A DNA stretch of 64,000 nucleotides from a virus: positions 4,322 to 68,321 of the IMG/VR virus record IMGVR_UViG_3300045988_138690. One strand, given 5' to 3'. The notes below the pieces were generated by a model. That model did not search any database. It worked only from the letters and a program-made list of their open reading frames with translations, and was not told the origin of the DNA. The translations under genes and the position numbers were made by a program. Below are positions 7,365 to 16,450 of the stretch, piece by piece (position 1 is the first letter of the stretch; each line of letters opens with the position of its first letter).

Positions 7365-8861
7365 ATGAATAGTTATTATGACCGCATATTGCATTTGATC
7401 ATCACTAATTTATGCACCCTTTCCGATGACGGGTTATTTGCCCGTTCATGCTCTGGTAATGATTATGCCGAAGCTTCCATGAATATCAAGGGTCTTGTGT
7501 TCAATGTCATGGCATCAAGTGATTTTCGTTATGTACATGGATGTTATTACCTGTTTACCGGGGAGATTTACGAGCCTGTCAATCCCGAACTTATAGGGAA
7601 GGCTGTCGAGGAGTGGTTAATACGGATGCGTGTCAGCAGTAAGGTTCTTCATTACTCCAGCAAGAAGTTCCAGGATGAAGCCAGGCTTTCTATCCGTATA
7701 AACAATCCTTTTTGTCCGGTATTCCATATCAAGGCTTACAAGAACGGTGTTGTGGATTTTACGGATGGCATCCTCCGTTCTTTTGACGCCAAGTACCATG
7801 TGATATACAAGCATCCGTATAATTACGATCCTTCTGCCAGATGTCCTATGTGGCAGTCTTTCCTTAAAACCGTATTGCCTGAACGTGACAGCAGGCTCAT
7901 ATTGCAGATGTATCTTGGCCTATGCACTTACGACCGTGGGAAAATGGTTGACAAGGTTGAAAACTGCCTTATGCTTTTCGGCACGGGAAGCAATGGGAAG
8001 TCTGTTATTTATGACACCATCACGGGTATATTTGGCAGGGAAAACGTTTCATCTATGGGATTGTTATCCCTTATCAAGGGAGGTGATGAAAGGTTGAGGA
8101 ATATAGCCCGTATAGACGGGAAGTTGGTTAACATGTGTCCAGAGATACAGGCAAGGGATATTTCCGGGTATGAGGACGCTTTCAAGACGCTCTGTTCCGG
8201 TGAGATGGTATATGGCAGGAATATAGGAGGCAATGTATACGAGGTGAGGAATGTACCTTGGATGATATTCAATATGAACAACCTTCCTAAGGCTTCCGAT
8301 ACTAGCTACGGGTATTTCAGGCGTTTCCTGTATGTTATGTTTGAGAATGTAATACCTGAGGAAATGCAGAACAAGCACCTTGCGGAGGATTTGAAGCAGG
8401 AATATCCGGGGATACTTAACTGGATAATAAGGGGTGGCAAATATTTGAAACAGAGGAAATTCGTATTCCCTAAAAGCGAAAACAGCGAGAAGCAGAAGCT
8501 TGTCGTTATGGGTGAAAGCAACATAACTTTTTCTTGGGCGTTTGCGCGCGGGGTAAGACCTTCCGCCAATACGAAAGGGGAACTGTTCACATGGATAAGG
8601 GCTTCTGACATGTATGACGACATGGTACGCTATGCGGAAGCAAACGGTTTTGAAAGTGTGAGTACTCAGGACTTCGGGCGGCAGCTCACTAAACTTGGGT
8701 TTGGCAAGATGAACAGGAGACGGGACTCAAGGGGTATCATATACAAGGTATTCGGATGTAACGAGGAGGAATTGAAGACCCCTGTCCCTATTGTAGCAGA
8801 CATGGATATGGACTTTGACGGGTATAACGGGGACGTGGAGTATGATGCGGAGGATATGTAG
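7365..8861 (+). CDS. D5/P4-family primase-associated NTPase (replicative helicase-like)
   Basis: CPMWQSFLKTVLP...LMLFGTGSNGKSV (Walker A) laid out as in the phage/plasmid primase P4-family C-terminal domain. The ATG at 7365 is preferred over the TTG at 7359. Confidence 0.8.
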   Translation: MNSYYDRILHLIITNLCTLSDDGLFARSCSGNDYAEASMNIKGLVFNVMASSDFRYVHGCYYLFTGEIYEPVNPELIGKAVEEWLIRMRVSSKVLHYSSKKFQDEARLSIRINNPFCPVFHIKAYKNGVVDFTDGILRSFDAKYHVIYKHPYNYDPSARCPMWQSFLKTVLPERDSRLILQMYLGLCTYDRGKMVDKVENCLMLFGTGSNGKSVIYDTITGIFGRENVSSMGLLSLIKGGDERLRNIARIDGKLVNMCPEIQARDISGYEDAFKTLCSGEMVYGRNIGGNVYEVRNVPWMIFNMNNLPKASDTSYGYFRRFLYVMFENVIPEEMQNKHLAEDLKQEYPGILNWIIRGGKYLKQRKFVFPKSENSEKQKLVVMGESNITFSWAFARGVRPSANTKGELFTWIRASDMYDDMVRYAEANGFESVSTQDFGRQLTKLGFGKMNRRRDSRGIIYKVFGCNEEELKTPVPIVADMDMDFDGYNGDVEYDAEDM

Positions 8862-8873
8862 GATTTTTTAATA

Positions 8874-8997
8874 TTCCGGTATGGTGGAACAATGAGAGAC
8901 ACTAAAGATAGTCGGAACAACAGAAAACCGTTGAGTTCTTCAAAAGCGTTGAAATTCGATAAGCAGAGCGTGCAGGTGCAAGTCCTGCTACCGGAAT
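8874..8997 (+). ncRNA. tRNA-like structured element (non-canonical, 124 nt)
   Basis: 8-bp closing stem TTCCGGTA/TACCGGAA (8874-8881/8989-8996), directly preceded by a T-arm-like hairpin GCAGG-TGCAAGT-CCTGC (8972-8988). Intergenic. Confidence 0.3.
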
Positions 8998-9042
8998 AAA
9001 TCATTTTATTATAGATATGTAAGACTCTTAAATAGACAAGAT

Positions 9043-9405
9043 ATGATAGTTCCAATAGATGATATGACTTTTAAAGAAAGCGAATATAATAGAGGTGGTA
9101 AAATTTGGAAAGCTTCTACATTATATGATTTTGCTAAGGCAAGGGAATATCCGGTTATGGATATGCCTATGTGGAATATAGATTTGACTATTGAACCTTT
9201 TGAGTGTAGTCAAATTCATAGCTTTATCTTTCAAATGAAAAGGGTGAGTGAATGTTCGCTTGATTATCCTATTATTTTGGATGAAGTGGGACAGATTGCT
9301 GACGGTTATCATAGGCTTTGCAAAGCTATATTGGAAGGGAAAGAGACAATAAAAGCTATCAGGCTGTTAGAAATGCCAGCACCGGATAGGATTGAAGAAC
9401 AATAA
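9043..9405 (+). CDS. ParB-like nuclease-domain protein
   Basis: The DGYHRLCKAILEG motif resembles the DGxHR core of ParB/Srx-fold domains. Confidence 0.5.
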   Translation: MIVPIDDMTFKESEYNRGGKIWKASTLYDFAKAREYPVMDMPMWNIDLTIEPFECSQIHSFIFQMKRVSECSLDYPIILDEVGQIADGYHRLCKAILEGKETIKAIRLLEMPAPDRIEEQ

Positions 9406-9416
9406 AATATTAAATT

Positions 9417-9827
9417 ATGAAAGACGGAGAAAAGTTACAGATTGGCAACTGGATTGCCGAAAAGGTAGAAATGGATGGTGTGGACTTCATGGAAGTGCGC
9501 ACGACGGATGGTGGCTTTAGGATTATGTACCGCATGGACTGCATGATGTACATGGCTATAGACTCTGTGAGCATGAAGGAAAAGGAGGCGATACAAGTAC
9601 TACTAAATAATGTTCTTGCGACCGCCAATTTGTTAGATGCGGGGTTTCAACATGATGTGATGATAGCCATTGGAAAAGTACTCGATCGGGTAAAATCTAA
9701 GCCTGTCAGTGACGAGGAAGATGCCAAGATACTTGCGGAGGAACGGGCGAAGTATGAGATAAAAAAGGAAATGGAGGAAGAAGATGGGGGAAATAGAGAA
9801 GGCGAAAGTCCTGAAAGCGGAGATTGA
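9417..9827 (+). CDS. Hypothetical protein with acidic C-terminus (136 aa)
   Basis: ORF in the same-strand string. Confidence 0.55.
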   Translation: MKDGEKLQIGNWIAEKVEMDGVDFMEVRTTDGGFRIMYRMDCMMYMAIDSVSMKEKEAIQVLLNNVLATANLLDAGFQHDVMIAIGKVLDRVKSKPVSDEEDAKILAEERAKYEIKKEMEEEDGGNREGESPESGD

Positions 9828-9975
9828 GAAGGACATCTCCGGTATGTTGGCTACTTATGAGAGAAATACGGGGCTTGTGGTGGGTGATATAGGGTTTGTT
9901 AGGCAGTCTGTCTTCGATGATATGGGAAATGAAATTAGCTTTCGGTATGTAGTGGAGATGACGGTTAAACTATGA
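9784..9975 (+). CDS. Hypothetical protein (63 aa)
   Basis: ORF overlapping the previous stop region. Confidence 0.4.
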   Translation: MGEIEKAKVLKAEIEKDISGMLATYERNTGLVVGDIGFVRQSVFDDMGNEISFRYVVEMTVKL

Positions 9976-9982
9976 AAGTGAA

Positions 9983-10210
9983 ATGAAACGGATAAGACTG
10001 TCTAAGGAAGAAAAAGAGGTGTTTAGGATGGTATCAAAATTTGGTGGGGAATGTCCTTCCACTTATCCTGCTCACGTATTTAATGCTTGTATAAGTTCTC
10101 TTGAAAGGAAAGGTCTTGTAAAGGCTCATTTCGTAAGAGGCGGAAGGTTGTATGGAGAGCAAAACTTACAGAGGAAGGCAAACACTATATATGCTCAAAT
10201 CCTAATTTAG
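9983..10210 (+). CDS. Small winged-helix-like protein (75 aa)
   Basis: The ISSLERKGLV segment resembles the recognition region of wHTH regulators. Weak call. Confidence 0.4.
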   Translation: MKRIRLSKEEKEVFRMVSKFGGECPSTYPAHVFNACISSLERKGLVKAHFVRGGRLYGEQNLQRKANTIYAQILI

Positions 10211-10341
10211 CAAATCCCATTGATATTAAAATGGTTGTATTTTCATTTCTATAACAGCGGCCGTGATTGCTTTAGTGACTCTGTTTGTTGGATGTTCGGC
10301 TGTTTTAAGACAATAGTCAGTTTTTATATCATGAAATAAAA

Positions 10342-10373
10342 GGGCACGGGAGTATTCTATGTACGCCGTGCCC
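10342..10373. terminator. Bidirectional hairpin terminator
   Basis: GGGCACGG/CCGTGCCC stem between convergent genes. Confidence 0.6.
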
Positions 10374-10399
10374 CTAAACTTTTTCCGGTTACGGATAAG

Positions 10400-10951
10400 C
10401 TATTCTTCATTTTCATCTTCTACTTTGGGAAGGGATTTTTTGCGTGCTTTGATGTATAGGGAGCATGATTTACAGGAAATCGGTAGATAGAAATGGACGG
10501 TGTTATCCTCTTCTATTGTTTCTTCTTTTTTCATTTGCTGGAGATCGGCTATTTTCATAAGGACATCGGCGCGTTCTTTTCCTTTTAGGTCTTTGACTGT
10601 GGCGGCAAGGGCATTTAGCACCTCGTCCTTGTCCCGGAACTTCCCGGTAAAGTCGTCTTCGGTTTCTTCTTTATCGTCTTTATCACACGAGGTCGGTATT
10701 TTCTTGAAACGTCCCAAGCGGATTGCCTTCTGCTTGGACTGCATATATGTAAGGATATTGGGATCATTTATGATCTTATCTATCTGCTCCTTGTTCCACT
10801 CATCGCTTAATGTGGGTTTGTATTGTCCGGTAGCTATAAACGCTTCGGTTGCATCCCAGCCCATCATTATCATATCTGCCATTGCACGTTCCAATACGGA
10901 TATGTCATACCGCTTGGTTTCATTAGTAAATCGCTTTGAATATTTAAGCAT
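10400..10951 (-). CDS. Possible terminase small subunit (183 aa)
   Basis: The N-terminal GWDATEAFIATG...IINDPNILTYMQSKQKA pattern resembles TerS proteins. Its position as the last gene of the packaging operon is atypical. Confidence 0.35.
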   Translation of the reverse strand: MLKYSKRFTNETKRYDISVLERAMADMIMMGWDATEAFIATGQYKPTLSDEWNKEQIDKIINDPNILTYMQSKQKAIRLGRFKKIPTSCDKDDKEETEDDFTGKFRDKDEVLNALAATVKDLKGKERADVLMKIADLQQMKKEETIEEDNTVHFYLPISCKSCSLYIKARKKSLPKVEDENEE

Positions 10952-10968
10952 ATTTTCTTGTTTTTAGG

Positions 10969-11757
10969 TTAATAGATAAATGCCATTCCGCATACGCAAT
11001 GGTTGTGCAGCGGAGGATACGGGTCTGACATCGGGTGAGCACGTATGGCATATTCATCACATATATGGCAAGGAAAACTGCTGGCTCTAAAAGTTATAAA
11101 ACCTTTTGCTCCGTTTTCTTCACCAAGAAGATAGGAGTATCTCATCCATCCTTCGGCTACCGCAAATACGGTAAGTCCTGAAAGAGCCGTAAAACTGCTG
11201 TTTGTACGCCCGACTCCGTAGCTTACGCCATCGGTCTGAATGCGCGTGGCATTCATGTTTCCTGCTTTGACGGCTTCTATAAAATCGGTATTTTCATAGG
11301 GGTGATCCAAATTATTGGATATAAGCTGTAGTGTATCCGTCTTAGATGTTCCGGCAAGCATGGATGCGGCTATGGCAGCTTCTAACTCATATTTGTATCG
11401 GTTGGTATATATAGCGTTACGCTCACCGAATGTTTTACCGTATGAGTTTCGGGTGATATATGCCAATACCTCATCTTCCTTATCATTGTGGGTGGCTACT
11501 GCAAGAGTGTATGTATAATCTTCTATTGTGGCACGTAAATCAGCAATAACAGCTTCCACTTCATGTTTCAGGTTCCGGTCTTGGGAGAAACGGAACATCC
11601 TTGGAGGAATGCTGTACTTACGAGATATGGATATTATCTTTTCAGCGGCACGGAGCATGGCGGCACGGAGATTGTTTTTTATGCTATTTTCCGCTTCAAG
11701 GCGCTTACGGATGTACTCCTTTGCTTCCTCTATTTCCTTATCCGACGGATACCTCAT
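10969..11757 (-). CDS. Head morphogenesis protein (SPP1 gp7 / Mu F-like)
   Basis: C-terminal CHICDEY...PPLHNHCVCG matches the PPxHPNCRC signature of the family. It follows the portal gene. Confidence 0.75.
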   Translation of the reverse strand: MRYPSDKEIEEAKEYIRKRLEAENSIKNNLRAAMLRAAEKIISISRKYSIPPRMFRFSQDRNLKHEVEAVIADLRATIEDYTYTLAVATHNDKEDEVLAYITRNSYGKTFGERNAIYTNRYKYELEAAIAASMLAGTSKTDTLQLISNNLDHPYENTDFIEAVKAGNMNATRIQTDGVSYGVGRTNSSFTALSGLTVFAVAEGWMRYSYLLGEENGAKGFITFRASSFPCHICDEYAIRAHPMSDPYPPLHNHCVCGMAFIY

Positions 11758-13319
11758 TCTTTTATTCCTTCTTCCACAGTTACCTTATTGCCTTCTTGCT
11801 TATTGGCTTCGGCTGTTTTTAACTCGAAAAGGAGGTCGGCTTGCTGTTCTTCCTTCTTTTCTTTTACAATCCTGTCCCATTCACCATTGGTCGTGTACAA
11901 GGTTTCTATGCGTTCTGATGCTGTTTTCTTGGAGCAAAAACCATTCTGTACGGCTGAAGCAAGGTCGGAAATTACAGTAGATGAATTTACGTGTACATAA
12001 GGTTCTATCCACCATTTCATATTAAGGTTGGTAAAGTCAATGGTTTTTTCCATTTCAACCCCATATCCATAAGAAAATATATCTACCATATCATCGAGAA
12101 AACCCTGATATTCGGAAGCGTCATTCATGGCTTTCTCCACAGCCGGAGAATATAGGATTTTCAGTGCCGCTGCTGGTAAATCCCCTGATTTCAATTCGGG
12201 AGGTTCAACAATGAAAGATTGCGTAAATATCATCTTGTATAGCGTATCGAGCTGTTTCATGTAACTTTCCGATGCGCTTTGGGCGCTTAAATAGGACACC
12301 TTGTCATCCGTTCCCATTGAAAGAGTTTTAATTGTACCGTTGGCATCATATTGGGCGTCAAGGTTACTTCCTTCACCTTGAAAAACAAGGGTTGGTTCCC
12401 CGAAAGCCTGATTGTTATGCGCCATTTGGGAGAAAGACATCTCGTAAGCGTCTATGCTGTCTTGGGAAGGGCTCCAGCACGCCCCATCTTCATCCCGATG
12501 GTACGCAACCGGAATACGCGGGAACCCATGTGGCACTCTTTCTCCGACCTGCGAATATCCGTCCAAGCCGAAAATGCCGAGTATCTTGTCCTTGATTGTT
12601 TTGGCGGCTTCTCCATTCTTTCTATATCGGTAGAAATACTTGTCATCCCATATTTCAAGCCACTCCGTAACCACTCCTCCGTTTTCGTCCATGTCATTGA
12701 ACGAACGCGCGAAAAGACGGAGTTTCCCGTTAAGCCCATAGTGTGGATAGCACGTATCACCGTTCTTGAAAGACAGCACCTTATACCCGAACACACCGTT
12801 GTCCAGATATCCCACAAAGGCCGTATCTCCGGTAGTCTTTACAGAACTGGCGGCATCGAAAAAAGCTATTTCCATGTTCTTTTTCAACCATCCTTCACGG
12901 TATGCATTAAATATGTCCTGTTCTTTCTGAGAGGGCTTAGGGCTACTTAATTCAAACTGTATATCGTTACCGCACAGATGTACCATTTGTTTTATTTTGA
13001 TTATCTGTTGGAATGCGAATGAGTATCTTGGTACAAACTCTGTATAATAACGGTTTTTTGTAGTTCCTGTATCGTTACCTTCTGCGTCATATATGGGAAC
13101 CTCCTCTACCCGTGTTATGTCTGGATATATATTCGGGTCATTTATGGAATGCCCGCTTGGATAGTATTCCCGAAGGAAATCCGCTTGCGTGACAATATTG
13201 AAAGACATATCGTCAAACGGCATTGGTACTTCTGTGGATGACGTAAAAATACCATGTGAATTACCGTTAGGCAATATTTTCTTCCAAGGTCTTTTTGTTT
13301 TTACTTCTTTTATATTCAT
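11754..13319 (-). CDS. Portal protein
   Basis: 521 aa, between TerL and the MuF-like gene, with 4-nt overlaps on both sides. Confidence 0.7.
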   Translation of the reverse strand: MNIKEVKTKRPWKKILPNGNSHGIFTSSTEVPMPFDDMSFNIVTQADFLREYYPSGHSINDPNIYPDITRVEEVPIYDAEGNDTGTTKNRYYTEFVPRYSFAFQQIIKIKQMVHLCGNDIQFELSSPKPSQKEQDIFNAYREGWLKKNMEIAFFDAASSVKTTGDTAFVGYLDNGVFGYKVLSFKNGDTCYPHYGLNGKLRLFARSFNDMDENGGVVTEWLEIWDDKYFYRYRKNGEAAKTIKDKILGIFGLDGYSQVGERVPHGFPRIPVAYHRDEDGACWSPSQDSIDAYEMSFSQMAHNNQAFGEPTLVFQGEGSNLDAQYDANGTIKTLSMGTDDKVSYLSAQSASESYMKQLDTLYKMIFTQSFIVEPPELKSGDLPAAALKILYSPAVEKAMNDASEYQGFLDDMVDIFSYGYGVEMEKTIDFTNLNMKWWIEPYVHVNSSTVISDLASAVQNGFCSKKTASERIETLYTTNGEWDRIVKEKKEEQQADLLFELKTAEANKQEGNKVTVEEGIKE

Positions 13320-14968
13320 CTTCTATAACGGTTAAACGGTTTTACTATTCTAGCAAATCGGGGTTTTACATGTGTTGTTTTCTTTATTTTGAATATCATA
13401 AACATAAACATGGCTTCGATAAAGTCAGGGGAATGCCCTACGATAGATTTCATTTCAGGCTTTTTTATAAGAGAGAACCCTTTGTCGGCTTCGTTGATGT
13501 TTTGGCGTATGGCCTTACGCTCCTTATTCAGTATAAGACATAAGGGAGTTCCTTTAAATTTCTTGTCTACCAAATCCTCATTGATTGATATCTCGCAGTT
13601 CATAAGCATATCGGCAAACATATACGCAGCCTGGGATTTCAGGTTTGCATAAATTCCCTTAAATTCTTCCGCAACAGCCTCACGGTTGTTGAACGGTACC
13701 GCTTTCGGGAAAAATCCCTTAAATGTCTGCCCAAGTCCGTTGAGGTCATATGTGAAGTTCTCTTCCCTCACATGCCATTCATTAAGCTTTGATTTTACGG
13801 CATTGACAGCCATACGGGAATTGAACTGGCATACATATATGTCTTGTATATGATTTCCCACCCATAACACCATTACCATGTTATCTCCACCTTCAAAAGC
13901 CACGTCGCATGATACCCTGCGTACATTGTCTCCCTGCTTGTAGGGAGCATGGTAGAAATTTTCCATGTGTTGGAGCTTTATCATATCGTCTCCTACGGAA
14001 CGGTATTTCCAGTTCCCGTCGAGGTCACGGGCTCTCTGTTCTTCGGACTGGTTGGCTAGGTTGGCTAGATAGGTAGGGTCGGAACGCATCAATTGTATAT
14101 TATCCGATAGTTTGGCTTCAATGAATGTGGCTGACTTTATAAACAAGTCTTGCGGTGTTCCGTATTGCTCATATTCCGGTCTCCAATATTTGTCTATCGT
14201 TTCCTTGCACTGCTGATATACTTCTTCTTTTGTATCCCCCCAATAAATACCGCTTGTGCTGTCTCCGTCCATAAAGCAATATCGCACTATTCCGTCACGT
14301 TCCGATATAGGGAAACCGTCTTCGCCAATCCACCAGTCTATGAATTTGGCTACCCAACTGTCAGGGTCGGGATTACAGGTACCAATTATGCGGTTTCGTA
14401 TAGAATAAGCATTACGGTTACAAGTAACCATATATTTGAACTTTGTGTAGTCCATATGGGTTATTTCGTCCACGCCAATATAAGAGTATTGGTGACCTTG
14501 GAAGCGTTTCTTGAAATCTTCCACGCTATCAGCGTGATAGGAAAATTCAAGAAATCCCCCTTTGTCGAAGTTCCATGTCATATCATTCTTAGACTTATTG
14601 TATTTTCCAAAAGGATTGTACAATTTATATGATGTTTCAACAAGGTCTGAAAGGTCATTTATCTCATGCCGCATAATTACAGACCGGAAGTTTTGATTTT
14701 TAATATCTTTCAAAGCTTCCATTAATAAAGTAAAAGATTTTGATCCTCCACGACATCCTCCCCCGATTATAATATCCGCACTTGAGTTGAGCATCTTTTC
14801 TTGCCCTCCCAATTGAGCTATTATTTTTAAGTGGTTAGGACGTTTCTTGTCCGAATCACGAAGGGACTGCACGTAATCACAATCAAGTACTTCGCAACCG
14901 TCCTTTGTAGTGGCTTTGTTGTCTATTACCTCCATATACGAAAAAAGAGCCGCATTAGCGCATGACAA
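13316..14968 (-). CDS. terL: Terminase large subunit
   Basis: Walker A-like IIGGGCRGGSKSF, Walker B-like YIGVDEITH, 550 aa, first gene of the operon. Confidence 0.85.
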   Translation of the reverse strand: MSCANAALFSYMEVIDNKATTKDGCEVLDCDYVQSLRDSDKKRPNHLKIIAQLGGQEKMLNSSADIIIGGGCRGGSKSFTLLMEALKDIKNQNFRSVIMRHEINDLSDLVETSYKLYNPFGKYNKSKNDMTWNFDKGGFLEFSYHADSVEDFKKRFQGHQYSYIGVDEITHMDYTKFKYMVTCNRNAYSIRNRIIGTCNPDPDSWVAKFIDWWIGEDGFPISERDGIVRYCFMDGDSTSGIYWGDTKEEVYQQCKETIDKYWRPEYEQYGTPQDLFIKSATFIEAKLSDNIQLMRSDPTYLANLANQSEEQRARDLDGNWKYRSVGDDMIKLQHMENFYHAPYKQGDNVRRVSCDVAFEGGDNMVMVLWVGNHIQDIYVCQFNSRMAVNAVKSKLNEWHVREENFTYDLNGLGQTFKGFFPKAVPFNNREAVAEEFKGIYANLKSQAAYMFADMLMNCEISINEDLVDKKFKGTPLCLILNKERKAIRQNINEADKGFSLIKKPEMKSIVGHSPDFIEAMFMFMIFKIKKTTHVKPRFARIVKPFNRYRR

Positions 14969-15003
14969 TTCACGCTAATACAGCTCTAGGCTTGGTTATA
15001 TCC

Positions 15004-15011
15004 GCAAATAT
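15004..15011 (-). promoter_or_regulatory. -7 box TATATTTG for the packaging operon
   Basis: The reverse complement of CAAATATA matches TAnnTTTG, 36 nt upstream of the terL ORF start. Confidence 0.45.
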
Positions 15012-15078
15012 ATGTATAAAATCTAAATTTTCATAGAAAATATACCAGTTTTTTGTTTGAAATATGAAATAAGGTATT

Positions 15079-15086
15079 TATATTTG
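15079..15086 (+). promoter_or_regulatory. -7 box TATATTTG
   Basis: TAnnTTTG, 19 nt upstream of the com-like ORF. Confidence 0.5.
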
Positions 15087-15104
15087 CAACATAATCAATA
15101 ATGT

Positions 15105-15290
15105 ATGATAAAAGTAAGGACTTCGTTGGATAATTTTTCTGTAAAGTCGGGAATGTCGCAAATGGTTACATGCCCTATATGTGGACAGAAAATGGGAGAA
15201 GTCAAATACTTAAACGGAGTAATAATGCTCAGAGTCCAATGCAGGCGATGCAGGAATTATATAAATGTTGATGTGACAGGAACGAAATAA
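15105..15290 (+). CDS. Mu Com-like zinc-finger protein
   Basis: CPICGQKMGEV...(18)...CRRCRNYINVD has the CxxC...CxxC layout and size of the Com family. The real start may be the internal MSQMV. Confidence 0.6.
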   Translation: MIKVRTSLDNFSVKSGMSQMVTCPICGQKMGEVKYLNGVIMLRVQCRRCRNYINVDVTGTK

Positions 15291-15311
15291 AGATTTAAAT
15301 ACATAAAGCCG

Positions 15312-15358
15312 ATAGAGCTGTGTTAGAGGAAAAACCTCTGATGCAGCTCTATTTTTTT
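15312..15358 (+). terminator. Strong nested hairpin plus T6
   Basis: Outer stem ATAGAGCTG/CAGCTCTAT (15312-15320/15344-15352), inner stem AGAGG/CCTCT, T-run 15353-15358. It ends 11 nt before the next start codon. Confidence 0.8.
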
Positions 15359-15369
15359 ATTCAAAAACT

Positions 15370-15996
15370 ATGGAAAAAGAAAAAATCTTATCCGCTCTGA
15401 TTGAGAAGCTTGGAAAAACCAGCTTTTCGCAGAAAACACTGGAAACATACGTGGATAAACATTTGCCCTCAGAGGGAACAGAGCCGGACGATGCTTATTG
15501 GGCATTACATACGGAAATTTTGAAAACCCTTGAAGGACAATACAACCATGATGTTGCCGTAGCCGTGGAAGAAGCAAAGAAAAACATTGCCACCCCACAA
15601 AATCCCGATCCAAAAACTGATCCTGTGGCTGATGATGCGATAACCAAGCGTCTGGAAGCTTTGGAAAAAGCGCTTGCCGACGAGAAGAAAAAATCTTCCG
15701 TGGATATGCTTAGAAATACGGTTTTAGGAAAGGGGGACGAGCTGAAAGTATCAAACAAGCCACTTTGGAACGATGTAGTAAAAATGGTGGAAGTAACGGA
15801 CGGTATGGATGACAGCCAGATGACCGAAACAGCCAAGAAACTATATGAGGAACGCCTTAAATCCTATTTCGGAGAAGGTGCGGCTCCTTATGGTGGCGGG
15901 AAAACCGTCTCACCGGATAACAAGGAGTATGAAAAGGAGCTTGATGATTTTTTCAGCCGTAAAGCGCAAGAGGGGAAGTTCCCTGAAAAGAAGTAA
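15370..15996 (+). CDS. Putative scaffolding protein
   Basis: 208 aa, acidic and helical, upstream of the capsid gene. Confidence 0.45.
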   Translation: MEKEKILSALIEKLGKTSFSQKTLETYVDKHLPSEGTEPDDAYWALHTEILKTLEGQYNHDVAVAVEEAKKNIATPQNPDPKTDPVADDAITKRLEALEKALADEKKKSSVDMLRNTVLGKGDELKVSNKPLWNDVVKMVEVTDGMDDSQMTETAKKLYEERLKSYFGEGAAPYGGGKTVSPDNKEYEKELDDFFSRKAQEGKFPEKK

Positions 15997-16016
15997 AACT
16001 AAAATCATTAAGGAAA

Positions 16017-16436
16017 ATGAGTACACTAGGAAATGTATTTGGCAAGACCTCCAAAGAATATGGGGGCGGCAAGAACATTTGGCATGAAGTGAAAGGGCAG
16101 TTTCCGGTAGGTGGAAAGATTACCAATATCTCTACCTATGTAGGTTCTGTCATTCCTTCCGGTTCAATGTGTAAGTTCGACCAGACAAAAGGTGAGATAA
16201 CCATTGTCAAGGCGAGCGAAGTAAAGACTGCTACGCAAGAGGGAGGTACCGTAGAGCCTTCTACCATAAAAGGGCTTTTGTACCACGACGTGTATGTAGA
16301 CGCGGATTTGGAGTCCCCATACGCTACGGGTGCGGTAGTTTTTGCAGGAGAGATTTATATTGACCGTCTGGCAGAAGAGATACCCGATGAGGTGCTGTCC
16401 GTACTGCCGATGATTGTTCCCATTCACGAAAAATAA
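16017..16436 (+). CDS. Putative head decoration/auxiliary capsid protein
   Basis: 139 aa, immediately before the major capsid gene (lambda D/E-like order). Call based on position only. Confidence 0.35.
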   Translation: MSTLGNVFGKTSKEYGGGKNIWHEVKGQFPVGGKITNISTYVGSVIPSGSMCKFDQTKGEITIVKASEVKTATQEGGTVEPSTIKGLLYHDVYVDADLESPYATGAVVFAGEIYIDRLAEEIPDEVLSVLPMIVPIHEK

Positions 16437-16450
16437 GGAGGCAGATAGAC

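Noticed and set aside
8874-8997. A genuine tRNA or tRNA-Sec gene
   Set aside because: The element is 124 nt long. The interior does not give a D arm or a 7-nt anticodon loop. No CCA or recognisable anticodon context is present. It is kept only as a tRNA-like structure.
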